The notes beneath the pieces were generated by a model. The model was not told the DNA's origin and searched no databases. It worked only from the letters and a program-made list of their open reading frames with translations. 64,000 nt of DNA from Takakia lepidozioides. Lineage: Eukaryota; Plantae; Bryophyta. Made by a program: the position numbers and the translations under genes. Positions 37,943 to 51,516 of the stretch are shown one piece after another. The stretch is taken from the NCBI GenBank assembly GCA_030704615.1, contig CM060732.1, positions 78,926,001 to 78,990,000 on the forward strand, read 5' to 3'. Every line of letters starts with the position of its first letter. The first letter of the stretch is position 1.

Positions 37943-40900
37943 CTTGCCCCAGACAGAGAAGCTGCCGTTCCACTCAGGGTGGTCTTCTAGATTGACAAAG
38001 AACTCACTAGTCCCCTGCACACCACCGAGGTCATTTTGTTGTACTGTAAAGAGTTCAGAAGTCGCAATGCAGAACTCTGACATCAGGAAAAAAATGCATT
38101 TACAGCCAGAAAATCAAACAATCTGGAACCTGCACAAACCTCCAAAACAGTCCAACTTCTCATGAGGACTCTCACCGTGATAAGTGAGACTGACCCTTTG
38201 CTATTATTCAACCTGGTCTCTAGAGGTAGCTCTTTGTTTTCTTGGCGACCACACGAGTAAAGTCCCCCCTGCAGCAATGCATACCTGCCATCTCCACCAT
38301 TTATTTCCTCCTCACAAAGGAGTAAGAGAACCTGATAGGGTAAACCATGTAACTATCTTAGAACCTGGAACATGAAAACCTTGCTCCAAAGGCGATAGGT
38401 ACCCTTTCAAATTCTCTCCAGAGGAGAGGGTGTTGTCCCCACAGGGGTCACTAATCCGACACAGCCCTTTGTAGAGTCTAACTCTGTGGGGTGTGCAAAT
38501 CAGCCCTGAAAGTGCATCAGCACTCTGGCAGAATTGTTAGTGTAGGCATCTACCTTGCATGTAATGCAAGTAGCTGTGGCTTGCCTGCCGGGATATCATA
38601 GAGAGGGAAGGGGAGAGTCGAAACTAGTGAAAGAGTCTGGGAGAAAAACACAGGACTCACAGAGAAAGGCTGTTCTCATCTTTTGCTCCAACCAACAAAA
38701 GCAAAGAGCATGATCCAGATCAAGATAGTCAAGCTCTCATGACTGAGTATATATACATCCACGCTTCCATCTTCTCTCTCAATCTCTCAAATCAAGGGTA
38801 GCAGGATATGATATGAAGCAGGACAAAGGCACACCATCCACACTGGAGGCTGGCTCCAGCAGCAAAATCCTTGCCTTGTACCTGATATGTATGAGTGCCA
38901 AGAGCCAAAGGAAAGGTCAAGAAGACTATGCTCTGTATGTTAATAATGAAACGGAGGAAAAAGGTTGCAAGCATACCCTTTCCGAGAACCGGCACGACCA
39001 TCATCGGCAGTTTCACCAGGTGGCTCAGCACGGTACAAGGCACAACCATCAAACAGGCCTCGGCTGGCAAGACTCTACATGCCACGCATAATATCACCCA
39101 TCCATCCACCTGTTTCCTTTCATATTACATCCATTTATCATTGTACCTGTTGAACTCCAAAACATTATTGCAGATTATGCTACCATAAGGCCTGTAATCA
39201 CTTGCTTCTGAACCGTTTTCACAAGGATCAGAAAAGTGCAACAATGACTGAACACTACCAAGAAGTGAAGAACTACTTTCATTTCACTCTCAAGCTCTGA
39301 ATCTTACCTTCACATATCTAACAGTCTTGGGTGCAGCATCCCTTTGAAGCTCCACATGGATACCCTACAAAATTTCGTTTCAGTCTCAGATCTTCTCCTC
39401 TCCAACTCAGCATGATTGACAACATTCAGCCAGAGCTGTGAGAAGATGGGCTGAGACTTGAGTGATAAAGCAATTCTGGGGTTAGGGCTAGGTTAAACAA
39501 AGTGTTAAATGTGCCTATCTAGTACTGAATGACTCTTGCACACAGAGTACATAATCATTTTTTATTGCAGCCTTTGGCCAGACTGCATGAATAGGCGGGA
39601 TAATCTGTCATATTGATAACTGATTCCACATTATCAGTTAGGCGTTCAACATGGTCCATTAATTTGAAACAGAGGTGGAGATACTGTCCCCCTCTTTCAG
39701 AAATCATCATGGACATTCAGAACCAGGTATTTTCTCTTGCACAAAGTGCCGTGAGCATATTTTAACTCACTGATGTGACTAAGTTTACAAGCAAAATAAT
39801 CCATTTCACAGGAGTTCTGCCTCATAGTTGTGGAAGACTCTGATGCAAAGATGAGAATTACCAAGGGGGTGCCTCACCAGTCACATGTGGCTAGATAAAA
39901 ACCAATGTCGAGGAGGATGGGATAGAGGGACCTACCCCATATTTTGTTGCAAACACCAAAAGCTCCTTTTGCCTCAGTGGCACCCCTTTTAACACACCCA
40001 ACCCCCACCTCAGCAACGTCAAACCTTGAAGGGAGAGGGCATTACTGTATGCAGTTCTAAACCATCAAAGTTATAAGCTGGAATAACTTATCGCCAGTGG
40101 GATGTGGAGCAACACCTTTGATACACAAATATAACAATAAGGCGTCACTGACATTTTCAGCAAAGCTATAAACCAGAATCTCTCATAGTTGTCAATGACA
40201 CCTATGAGGACAGCGATTCTGCATAGGTGGGGTAAGCTATGCCGAGTTCACAAACATGGCAGCAACATAAGCTACTCAAGACAAGTTTCATCCTTTGTCA
40301 ATGCCTTTGGATCTCCTGACCGCTAACACCGGTGTTAAAAGCCCCTCTTTGTCAGTAGGTGACACTTCCAGGACCTTTTGCATTGTGGCGGTTAACTTTT
40401 AGGTCAGAAACTATGCCTTGTTACTAGGCCTATCAGGCTAGCTCTGAGGGAAATAGTGGACACACCAATGATCTAGTTTTGAATCATAGTAAGACTTCTC
40501 ATTCTGTTGAAGGACAAGGGGCACAGATGTGTTTCCTGGCCTCTGCCAACTCCTTCAAGAACAATTCCTATGAGTCTCTCAAAACAACCCGCAGCAGACC
40601 CTTGAGTACATCTTGCTGCTATCTAATACAGTCTGAGGATGTCAGATTGACATTTTCAAGCCCTACTTCCTTAACCACAACTGGACACAAAGTAACTATC
40701 AAGCATCAATGGCATGGTGGCTTTCAAATTTGAGTGCCTCAAATTTTTGGACCACCTATTGTCTACCAAGATAGCCTTTATTATACTTCAAATTCACTAT
40801 ACACAGACACTCATACATATTATGTCATATAATTGAAAGGGGTTCACATGGATTTCAATGGTTCTAGAATATGACATTACGGGGTAGCCGAAAGTTCCAG

Positions 40901-41711
40901 CCTTGAATAGTACTTCCTTCTCGCTTATGATTTGTCACTTCACCTGCCTCAAGGAAAGGACAATCCAAAACGATAGTTTGCCACCGTACTGATAGAATCC
41001 ACACCTCAGAGAATAAAACCCTTTAAGTTCCACACAGTTTAAATACTTGCATGTGGCATCTCATAGTAAGGTCACAACAGGAGAAAGCTAGGGACATTAT
41101 TTGAACCTTTGTATGGGAGTCCAACAGAAGAAAGAACGAATATGACAATGAAAAGAGAGGGTGGGGGGGATGGGGACAAGGGAAAAACAGATGGACTCCA
41201 CAGATTTCGCTTGGGAATCCCAGTGACCCCAGCCTCCCTTTTGGACGAAGTCCAAATTGAGGGACGAAGGGGGGCCGGGGGGAAAGGGCCACTAATCATA
41301 GATTTAGGCTCGCTCCAGTATGAGACACATTTTGATCCAGAAAACTCGTGACCATAGCATCATGAATTGTGTTAATTCAGAATTGAGAACATCAAGGAGA
41401 AACTGAGAGCGGAAGTCCAGAGTGATAGCGAGACGATCAATTTCAGCAGCCAAAGCGTGGAGGGTGTCTATAAGTTACTTTATCGTGACTTACCGAGTGA
41501 CACTTGTACATATCAAGGAAAATCGCTGAGAGAGAGAGAGAGAGAGACCCTGGTAGTAGCGAGCTGATGACCGGGTTGTAAATGGGCGTTCAGTGTAGCC
41601 CACAAATGCGCCATCCCTCGAAATCCCGAATGCAATGTGCGCTGTTGCCAACATTATAAGCGTACATAGAGAAACTGTGTAACCTTTCAAGCAAGTTTTC
41701 ATCGGCTCCAT
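37943..41711 (-). CDS. Cyclophilin-type peptidyl-prolyl isomerase-like gene (small exons; 3' exon(s) probably near 37270-37410, unresolved)
   Basis: Phase-compatible GT-AG exons: 39308-39364 (GIHVELQRDAAPKTVRYVK), 38977-39074 (SLASRGLFDGCALYRAEP...), 38176-38284 (YALLQGGLY...LPLE...KGSVSLIT) and 37943-38014 (GTSEFFVNLEDHPEWNGSFSVWGK). A putative first exon with a hydrophobic N-terminus lies at ~41495-41711. Confidence 0.75.
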
Positions 41712-44089
41712 TGCTTCCTACATTCCAACACAACCGAGAGAAGACACAGGAAAAATCAACTGATCTTGAACGTGCATTCCTTTTGAACCCAAAGGCCTGC
41801 GGGATCGATTACACCCAAAAGGACTCATCTGGGGACTTCTCAGATATGTTGGGGTCATCAGTCAAGCTTGAGAAAACATCAAGATGGAGTCTGCCGGTCA
41901 TCATTGATGTCCATTGGCTTCCACTAACGTACCCAACGTGTGGATTGCAGCTGAGTTGCTGCACAGCATCAAGTACCCATCTCGGAGCAACACATCACAA
42001 GAGAGTACAACCGCAAAAATTGTTGGTTGAAACTATTCCTGCACAACCCCGCGTTTCGTACTCTGTATTTTCAGAACTTCGTATGGGTATTGCACCGTAT
42101 TGCAGCTGAAGGTGGTGGATGTATCGTGGATATCATCCCTGTATCTTCAAGGGCAATAGGGTTCTTCAGCTACCCAAGGTGACCATGACGGCTGCGTCCG
42201 CGTCGTCTGATTCTTGCCTTCGGCTTCGCTTCTCGTCTGGGTTGTCTTGGCAGCTTTCATATGTGCTTCTTTTCAGTTTTGGGTTGTCAAATGGTTGCAC
42301 ATGTGTAGGTGTGTTCAGTCCTCCGTTGCTGCATCTGTTGAGGTTGGGGGTTTTGTGTTGCTCTGCATGGCGATGAAAACATTTGATCTACTCGTTGCAA
42401 TGGGCGGACAATTTGGGCTTCAATTGAATGTATCTTGTTACTTGTAGAGCTGTGTCGTGGAGAGTGCAGAGAGGGAGAATGATATATTCTATGCTGGGGG
42501 AACTAGGAGATGATGGTGACAGTAAAAGGTCTGAGCAGACGGAACTTTGAGAAGGTAGCCTGGCATATTGAGATCAAAGAGGGTTAGGGCAGGAAGAGTG
42601 CCCCGGGGCGTGCTAAAGAGATGGCATGCCGCCTTCGCAAGCTCTCCCACATTGCGCACGTCGGGACGTGTGCTGTACATTTAGCTTAGTAGGTTGAAGA
42701 AAAGGCGTGGGCTGCCAAACAAAGATGGTGTGCAGCCTAGACTTCTCCTCACATAAATGCCCCTTCTCTCTTTGTTTCTCGAATGCTCAAGGGTGCGTTC
42801 ATGGGTTCCAGCAGTCTCGGTGACGCCACATCCTTGCGCTGATCCTTCTTGCCCTTTATTAGAAGGTTTTTGTTCTTGGAAACCTGGCAGCGTTTCAGTT
42901 GCGGTTGATTTGTTTGTGTCAATACTTACATGACATGGTCTTGGATCTGGGGGATGATAGTTGAGTGTCAAGATTCTACATGATGGACGCACGGCCCTTA
43001 AGAGCGCCTTCCTGAGTGCGTCAGCACTGGTGGAAGGGATTCGAGTCATAGCTGTGCCATAGCCATGTCCACAGACACCGAGGCTTTCTCGGTGCCTGCC
43101 TCTCCAGGCTGAAGCAGGCTCCCACAGTGGTCTTAGCACCGTTTCACGTGGTTGCCTCTCAGACTGAGAGTACATCTTCAAAGTGCTGCTCATCCATCTT
43201 TGTTATTGTGCCATGATTTTTCTCGTATTTGCTTACCTTTTCACATTCTGTGTCGCGGGTTACGTCATGGGTGATGAGCTGGTCTGTTATCTTGGTATGG
43301 TGAATTGCACCTTCGTATGACTGGAAGACGATCTATATGTATATATCTGCCGCAATGAGGCAATCCTTTTGCAGATTGTTCTGTCTTTGCTGTCCATTGT
43401 CTCTGGAAAATTAGAAATAGCTCGGAGCTCGATGAAGTGTACACCTTACAGCCTTGTGCGAGCTTTGACCTCAAATGCATGTCTATTCCCTTGTAATGCA
43501 GCAATTACAAGGGATGCTCTGGATTGTAGTATCTGCACTTCCTCATTAAATGTAACAAACAGTTGAATTCTGTCCAAGCCTTCTGTGTACCGTTGGTGTG
43601 TGTGGCCAAGCCCACATTTAGTCTCATAGAGCTCATGGCCATTGCATCTCAGTTCTTTACAGCCTCCATTCAGTTCATCTCTGAACGGAACTTTTGGGCC
43701 ATTGTAGTCTTGACAGTCTCCATCCAGTTCGTCTTTGTTGAGGAAACACACTGTGAACGATGAGATTGATTTTACAGAGATGTAAGTGGGGAAATAGCCC
43801 TGCTGAGAGGCGTGGAAAGGGAAGACCATGCACGCAACAAGATGGACGACGGTGAACAAGATCTTGCAAAGTGTAGTTTTCATTATTCCTAAATGCTGGC
43901 AATTGTGTAAGCTTTGAGTGAATTGTCAGAATGATGTGGGAAGCAATCCAGATGCTCACATGCAGAATTAGCAACATGAGCATGGATTTTATCACAACAG
44001 GTATTTTAAATCTACACTCTGCATGTGCAGACCCCCTTGGCAATTCTCTAATCCAATTCTCTAATCCACTTTAAAGGTTGCCCGTAGGG

Positions 44090-47000
44090 CTATCTGGTTT
44101 TCACAGTGCCTGTGGTCAATCCAAACCCAAATGGAAAAGTCGGATCATAGTGTTTGTCTCCTACATTCATGGGTAGCTGATCAACAGATCGGAACCATGT
44201 GCGTGAAAGCTTTCCTTGGAAGTCATAGTCTCCGAAGATCACATCGGCAATGCCTGAACCTTCGGAACCAGGGAGCCAAGCCGCAACAAATGCATCCATG
44301 TAAGGTAAATAGGGCTCCACCACTAGAGGCCTTCCAGAGATCAACACTACTAAGCATTTCACTGCATTACAAACATTCTTAATTACATCAGGGCCCGGAG
44401 AGGGAATGGTGAGGTTGAGGTTGTCACCAGCTGTCTCAGCATATGGCGGCTCTCCAATCACAACAATTGCATACTCGAAGCCTTTGTCCTTGGCAAAATC
44501 TGCGTCAGGAACTTCTTCATACACTACTTGTGTAGAGTCACCCACTGCACTTTCAATGCCTTCCAAGATGGTTGTTCCTGCAGAAATGCAATCATAAACA
44601 CCAATTTTAGGGAGGAGATACTTCTTCATAGACTGGTTGCCCCCCACCTTGTATCCAACTGGGCAAACAGTCGAGAGGAGATTTTTTTTTGCCTCTACTG
44701 AAAGGCATAAGACCAAAAAGGCCCTTTAACTGAGTTTGGCAACATCAAAACAAGACTTCGCGAGGCTCTGATGGCTTCAGTAAGATGGCATCTTTCATTA
44801 GAGAGAAATTAAAGCACTAGAAAACCAGGTCCAAATTGTTGCAGCAGACGCCTTGTAAGGTAGGCGAATGCTGCCAGGCATTTATAGTCTTCATAACTAA
44901 ATGCCTGGCGGCCTCTGAAAAGACAGAATAGCTCCCTACAATCTCATAATACACAGGGAAGGATTGAAGGGAACACCCCCAAAACCAATGGAAGTTGGGA
45001 ATGACAAAGGAGCATCAAACGAGGTTGTACCAAAGGAAAACTAGTCTTACCAAGTGTAGTGTTGCCAGGGCTTCCTTGCCAAGTGATTGTCCATCCTCCA
45101 CACTGCCTGCCAATGTCATTGGCATGGGTGCCAGCCACCAGTATCTTTTGTGCATTTCTATCCAAAGGTAACAGAGGGGCTAAGCCTTTTGTCTTTCCAT
45201 TCTTCAATAGCACAAGTGACTTGCGCACTGCCTCCCGTGCAAGGGCCCTATGCGACTGCACACCATCATAACCACAAAATTATGCAATTTTATCAGAGAA
45301 AGAGACACAGCAGGGAAGGACTAGACAACATCAGGACTCAGAAAGAGATTTATACATCGGACTCTGCTTGCTTTAGCCTTGCAGCCAACCAGTCTGGAGG
45401 GTAATGGAAAGAATGGGCACAGGAAGGTTGCTGGATTAAGGAACAAGGGACAAGGATGGATTGGACTATGGTCACTGAAAGTTGGCTCCTATCATGCACT
45501 CAAACAGGAAGAAAGCAAGAAAGAGAAGGAAAAAGAAATTGATTCATCCGTAGGCGAGAGAGAGAGAGAGAGAGACTGTAGACAGGAGAACCAACATGCT
45601 GGAAAATGTTGTAGCTGCCCCATCCATGTCAATGTAGTAAAAAATGGAGTGTAAAACAGCAAGCTTAAGGGTGATATTTACTTTTTTGCCAATAGCTGAT
45701 CCAAGCTTTCTGTCCGCAAGAGGCTTCTCAAAGAGACCAGTTTTGAACTTGACACGTAATATGCGGCTGACTGCGTCATCGATGCGTGACATGGGGATGA
45801 AACCTTGATGAACCAAGTTTGTCAGATTACCAATAAATTCATTGAAAGTGAAGGGAACCATCACCTGCACCCCAGCCAAGTATACAAATTATGCGATACT
45901 TAATAGGGAGAAGAAAGGAGAAAACCCACATCTAAATGTCATAAGACATGGCAAATGGACTAAATCTCAGCTGCTATTCTGAGAGCAAGCTTACCATGTC
46001 AATGCCAGCAGTAATGGCCTCAAGGACAGAGAAGGTATAATTAGCATCAGGTGGACTCGTCATGCGATCAAGGCCTTGCCAGTCTGTAATAACAAACCCC
46101 TGCCACATCATATTGGACCATAAAGAGCTTAGAACAAGTGTTACAAGAAGGGGAATCCATCCATCAGCTTTGAGTGTCTGGTTAGGCAGCTGGGGATCAG
46201 CTCACTTATAGCTTCCATTGGGGAAACACTAAGGTAGAGCCCCTCATCTTGCTATCAGAAAAGAGTTGGCCAATGCCGTAGTCCTAGATGGAACAGATTA
46301 GAAGTTGAAATAAGGTGCCTGGTGCCACTTGGGTGCCTGGTTTTTGAGCCACAACTGTTGAATGAGCCCTTGTACTCGACTGGAGCTACGACAACACAAG
46401 TTTCTGACCTCAGACAAATTCAGCACAGGGGTCCAGGGAATCCATCTGGTACTTCACACTGTTGGTGACAATAATCACACTCCCAGAGAATTACAACCCC
46501 TTCACCGTGCGCTCCCCATACCAGAGAATATATTTTTTCAAGTTTACCTTGAAGCCAATCTGGTTCTTAAGAACATCTGCAATGAGGAAGTGGTTCCCAT
46601 GCATTTTCTTGCCATTCCAACTGGTGTAGGAAATCATGACAGTGGACACCCCCTTGGCAACAGCTGTAAAGTAGGCCTTCATGTGTATGTCCACCAATCC
46701 CTGGTAATCAATTACTGTATTGTTCTCATTTATACCATCCGTTGTGCCTCCATCCCCTACAAAATGTTTGGCGCATGCAGCCACCTTCTTGCTACACGGA
46801 CCAACACACCACAACAGCAATCAGGCTAAGTCAGAGAATGCTTGTAGTTTTTGAAAAAAAGATCCACACAAGTCAAAGCATGTCGAGTTTTCGAGTGACT
46901 AGGCCACTACTATCATAGAAGAGAGAAAGTTGAACATCTGCTAGGAGCCCAAAGAACTTACTGGATTAGGAAGAGGAACTTTATAACATCCACAAACAGC

Positions 47001-48973
47001 CCAAAGAGCTAGAAAGTGTCCTTCCTTCGTAAGGTTCAAGTATGTGGAAAAGACCAACTTTCTGAGTGTATTAGAAAGCACACCTGCTTTTCACATAGGG
47101 TCCTTTCCAGCCAGCTGGGGCTTCACCTTGTAATCCATCAATGATCGTAGTCATGCTGGTGACCACATCCGGGTCTTCACTGTAGCTCTCGTAGCACCGC
47201 CCCCACCTTGGATCTCGACAAACCTGACCTTACATCCAATTCCCCACATCTGATTTCAGAAACAAACTCACAACATGTTTGGGTCTCAACAGAGGAAAAA
47301 ACACCACAGGGCATATCTGAAATCAGGCATAGATGGTACTGTCCAAGTCATGGGTTGCTCTGGTGAGACATGTTGAGACAAGAAACAGATTCCACAGGCG
47401 CACCTCATATACATGTGGCTCTACCTAGGCTGATTTTAAGGTAGAAAATGTTTGCTTCTGCTTGTCTTGTGTGCCACACATAGAATGACTGCAATTGCTC
47501 TACATTATACCATCTTATGTGGTAAAACTGGCCCACGAGAGAACCAGGAGTGTAATGAAATCACACCACCCATTGTTGCATTGCTCTCACCAAGTAAAAC
47601 CAGCAAGGAGAAGACAGACACTTACCGCAATACAGGGAGCAAATACATACGGGATTCCAGTGGACCGAACCTCAAGGGCTGTGGCAGATCCTATACGACG
47701 CACCAAGTGGGGGTCCCTGCCCATTATGACCAATCCTCAATAACAGTGCCAAAAAAGTGAAGAGGGACAGACCCAACAGTGATTTGAGGAACAGACCAAA
47801 AAAGCAAGGAGGTCTTAGCATGGATCAAACAAAAATTGTTCTAAAGAGAACTACCTCAGGAGAAGCTGCTTTCGAAGGAAGAAGTTTGGGTACACACCGT
47901 GTGGCGCCAAGGCCAACGTTGTGGGGGAAAATAGTAGAACCATAGACATTGTTGTGCCCATGAACGGCATCAATCCCATATATGACAGGGATGCCTAGGC
48001 GAGTGCTCAGGGCTCCTTCCTGGAACTCATCGATCATGTTATCCCAGAGTACTGATGAAGCATTTGGTGCTGGGACACTCCCTCCACCACTCAATACACT
48101 TCCTGCATGCCAAGCAAGAGACACTGAGAATAAGACTGTGACAGTATGGGTTCATTCAGGTTGATAATAGAAGTATGGTGCACATTTTAGGAGACGTGAT
48201 TGCTGCCTCCTTTTTCTCCTGCAGAAGTAGGGGAAGATGCTATTGTGTCTTCAGAGGCTGCTCACCCCTGGCCTACGCGTTCAGTCTTAAGGACCACAAA
48301 TGATTAGCAGGGGGTTCCGTGCAGCCATTGAGGCCTCATTCGTTTTGGAGCTTTCTTGGTCTGTCCTGCGCTCGTCCCAAAAGATCCTCCTGTTTTTCTT
48401 CCAACAAATCACGTACACTAAGCAAAACAACAACTTGAAGCGTGGTTCCTTCAAACAAGCTTATCGTGCAATGGGAAAATTGATATTTTTTCACCGTGTT
48501 TCCCTTTTCATCGTAGCAACTAAATGCGTGGCTTCATGTCCCCTTCCGTTTACGGGAAGTCCTCCCTTCCCACACCCACCTCATGTTTTGTCCTTCTGCT
48601 GCATTGCCACAACGCTTGGGAGAGGGCGTGAACGTCATACGATTCCTTTCTTTGTATCTGTCTCTCCCGGAGGACAACATTGTTTCTTCTTCTCTGCTCT
48701 CTCACACACAAGGAGTCTGTAGGGATCGATTATGGACTCACCAACGTAATTTTGTCGGATGTCAGAAGCGTTGGCAACTGATCGCTCGATCTGTGTCATC
48801 TGTCCTATCTTCTCCTCCAGCGTCATGCGAGAAAGAAGGTCCTTCACACGCACTGCAATACGTTGATGCCTGTCCTTGTATAGCAGCTCTTTCGTAGCAT
48901 GCGCGCTCGCACCCATGCACACCATCAGTGCAAGTAATGCCAGCTGCAGAGGTGTCACACGTCTTTCTCCCAT
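44090..48973 (-). CDS. Glycoside hydrolase family 3 beta-glucosidase / beta-D-glucan exohydrolase, 9 exons, about 630 aa, with signal peptide
   Basis: Exons 48742-48973, 47898-48102, 47626-47716, 47084-47223, 46548-46791, 45995-46099, 45682-45864, 45051-45255 and 44090-44577, all phase-compatible. Motifs: [55 protein letters not shown] (nucleophile Asp), GEPPYAET (acid/base Glu), AWLPGSEG. Confidence 0.96.
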
Positions 48974-50376
48974 TGTTTCGAAGCTCTCGCAAAGTGCAAG
49001 CCACCTCAGATCCGGAAAATGTCAGCTGGTTGGCGCTGAGATACACTCTTATTAGTGCTAAAACATCAAAGACAGAGAGGGACCAGGCAAAAGAAGGGCA
49101 GCTACCAACATGATAGTGGGCGTCCCCAAGAAAAATCCAGGCTTTGGCAGTGCCTGACGTCCAACCCAATTCAAATTGGCAGGAACAGCTCCAAGAGTGG
49201 AAAACAATCTAGAGATTGAACACGGCCAATCCAGGAAAAGCCAGCTCGAAGAGTGTCGAGAGTAGCTTGAGACAGTGGAGTGAAAAGGAGTGAAGCACTG
49301 CAGAGAAAGGAGGGGGGCAGCGTTATTTGTAGTCTAGGAGGGAGGCCTTGTGAGGGCACATTAATGGGCTTTTGCCATTAGTCCCAGGAGGCCTCCCTTT
49401 AGGCTAATTCTAGATTGCGAATAACGCTGCGCGAAAGGAGAGAGAATGACAGCGAGAGCGAGCTTATCCGTCACCGACGCCCGCGGCACGACCGCCGGCA
49501 ACCGCGGGCCCACGAACGGAAGGAACGGCGGATGGACGGACGGAGGTGGCGAAATGTTAGCCGTTGGCGAAAGGCGTCCAACCTCATCGAAGTTATTACG
49601 CTATTACGGGGATGTGAATTATCCCATATCGATTGCGCGGATTCCAAGGCGGCACGGACCATATAACCGCAACGGGTGGATGGCCATGCTACCCAGATTC
49701 CAGGGCCCTACCATAATATGAAGACTGCAATGCCTGTCAACTTGCACAAATGCTCCATATGAAGGGAAGAAGAATCAGGGCCCTTCAAAAGAAAGGCCAG
49801 AAAAAATCTGAACCTTTCATCATGAAGGGCTCGTAAAAATAAAATTTACAAATGAAAGACTAGGTTTCATAACGAAGGGTTCAAACCTTAAATCAGAAAA
49901 ATGGAACTGTAAATTCTCCCATCCCCAAATACAAAACCAGGCAAAAAAACAAATAATCACCCCCAATTCAACCCCAAGATCGACCCCCAAAAACCCCCCC
50001 ACCCTCCTTCGCTCACCGCGCCACTTTACTTAAGCTTGAGCACTTTGCAGCACGGCAGGGCAGATCGAGTACGCCATAGCTAGATAGTACGCACACTTTG
50101 CCGCTGGGAGTACATGGTGCACGGACACGGTGCAGTGCTAGGGCACGCGTACTGGCAATGGAAATTGGCTAAACTGCAATAGCCATTGGAATTTGATGGC
50201 TATTGCAACTTGGGTTTAAGCACTTGTACCTTCATTATAAAGCACTTGTGCCTTGAGGTTTGAACCCTTGACTCTTGAGGCTTGAACGCGACCCCCACCC
50301 AAAAAACGAGGGCAGCCTGGTGGGCAAGGACGTCATTGCAGCCCACACGATTCACGAACAAGGAGAGGGAGTGGAC

Positions 50377-50664
50377 CAGTATTTTTTAATCTGGCGAAAT
50401 ATCGTCAGATTTCGACCTGGAAAATGGGTCACCTACTTTTACTAAGGAATTATGGGAATAAAAATCAAGAAAATCGCCAGAAAGCGCCAAAGGTTAAATA
50501 CCAGGAGCCAGATTTGTCCTACGTGGACCTGTTAAAATATGACACCTGTTATATAGCCTCTTTTCTAGCTCTGTCACCTCGTTATTCTCGCCACATGGGC
50601 GTTGGGTAGAATCTACATGTCGCCCTACGTGCGATTTTAGAAAAGTGAAAAAAAAAAAACACTA
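50377..50664. mobile_element. hAT-type MITE with an 8-bp TSD
   Basis: TSD GAGTGGAC at 50369-50376 and 50665-50672. Termini are cagtattttt and aaaaacacta. Internal ggcgaa/tcgcc motifs are shared with 62122-62400. Confidence 0.8.
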
Positions 50665-50818
50665 GAGTGGACAGTGACTGCAAAATACCGTGCCAGCCCA
50701 AACAAAACTAGATGAACCATGTGCCAATTTTATATACATTGGTTGAAGTTTATCACTGCTAGAGGAAATATGTCCCAGTCTCAACGCCTTGGGCCACCAA
50801 ATGGTAGGCCACGTCGCG

Positions 50819-51324
50819 TGTTGTGCACCTTAGCATCGTACCACAAGATACATCGTTGTCCATCGTACACTCTAAGCACACAATCCTAGAAAGCTATGCC
50901 ACAATAATAATGAAAATGAACACAATGGAAACACTTCACTCATGAATCCACTCAATCACATAAACTAAGTCAAGCCAAGGGCACCCTTGCTAAGGGAATC
51001 CACCCTACAAAGCTCTTAACACACTCCCTCTCAATACCTAGAGCTATAGAGGTGGGAGAGGCTCATGGAGGCTCAACTACAAGAAGATAAGCCATCTTCA
51101 ACACCCATCCCCATATCCCAAGTGAGGTTTGACACCTCACTTGGTATGTGAGATCAAATGAAGTTCCAACACACAAAATACAAATATAAATATCCAAAAT
51201 GTCCTAGTTAACTAAAAGTAGGTAACCATGACTAAAACCATGGCAGCTGTCGTGCATCGTGCCACAACATACATCGTTGTCCACCATACATTCTAAGCAC
51301 ACAATCCTAGAAAGTTATGCCACA
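50819..51324 (-). mobile_element. Probable LTR remnant
   Basis: TG...CA bounded segment with a ~70-bp internal direct repeat (50835-50903 / 51255-51324). A purine tract lies next to it on the minus strand (agggggcgat). No clear TSD. Confidence 0.4.
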
Positions 51325-51516
51325 ATCGCCCCCCTAGCTGGTGATTAGGTCCTTCTAACCGGATAGCTGACAAATATCCATCCCAATAAGATCATTGCTG
51401 GATCTTCAATCGCACATGTCCCAAATTTCTAAAGTCTATGGATCAAGAGGTCAGGTGCAAAAAGAGCCCCGTCGTTAGTTGTCTGCTTGCAATCCATGAT
51501 CTTCAATCGAGGAACA

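Noticed and set aside
44873-44909. 12-bp-arm hairpin in GH3 intron 8
   Set aside because: A single short stem with no supporting context.
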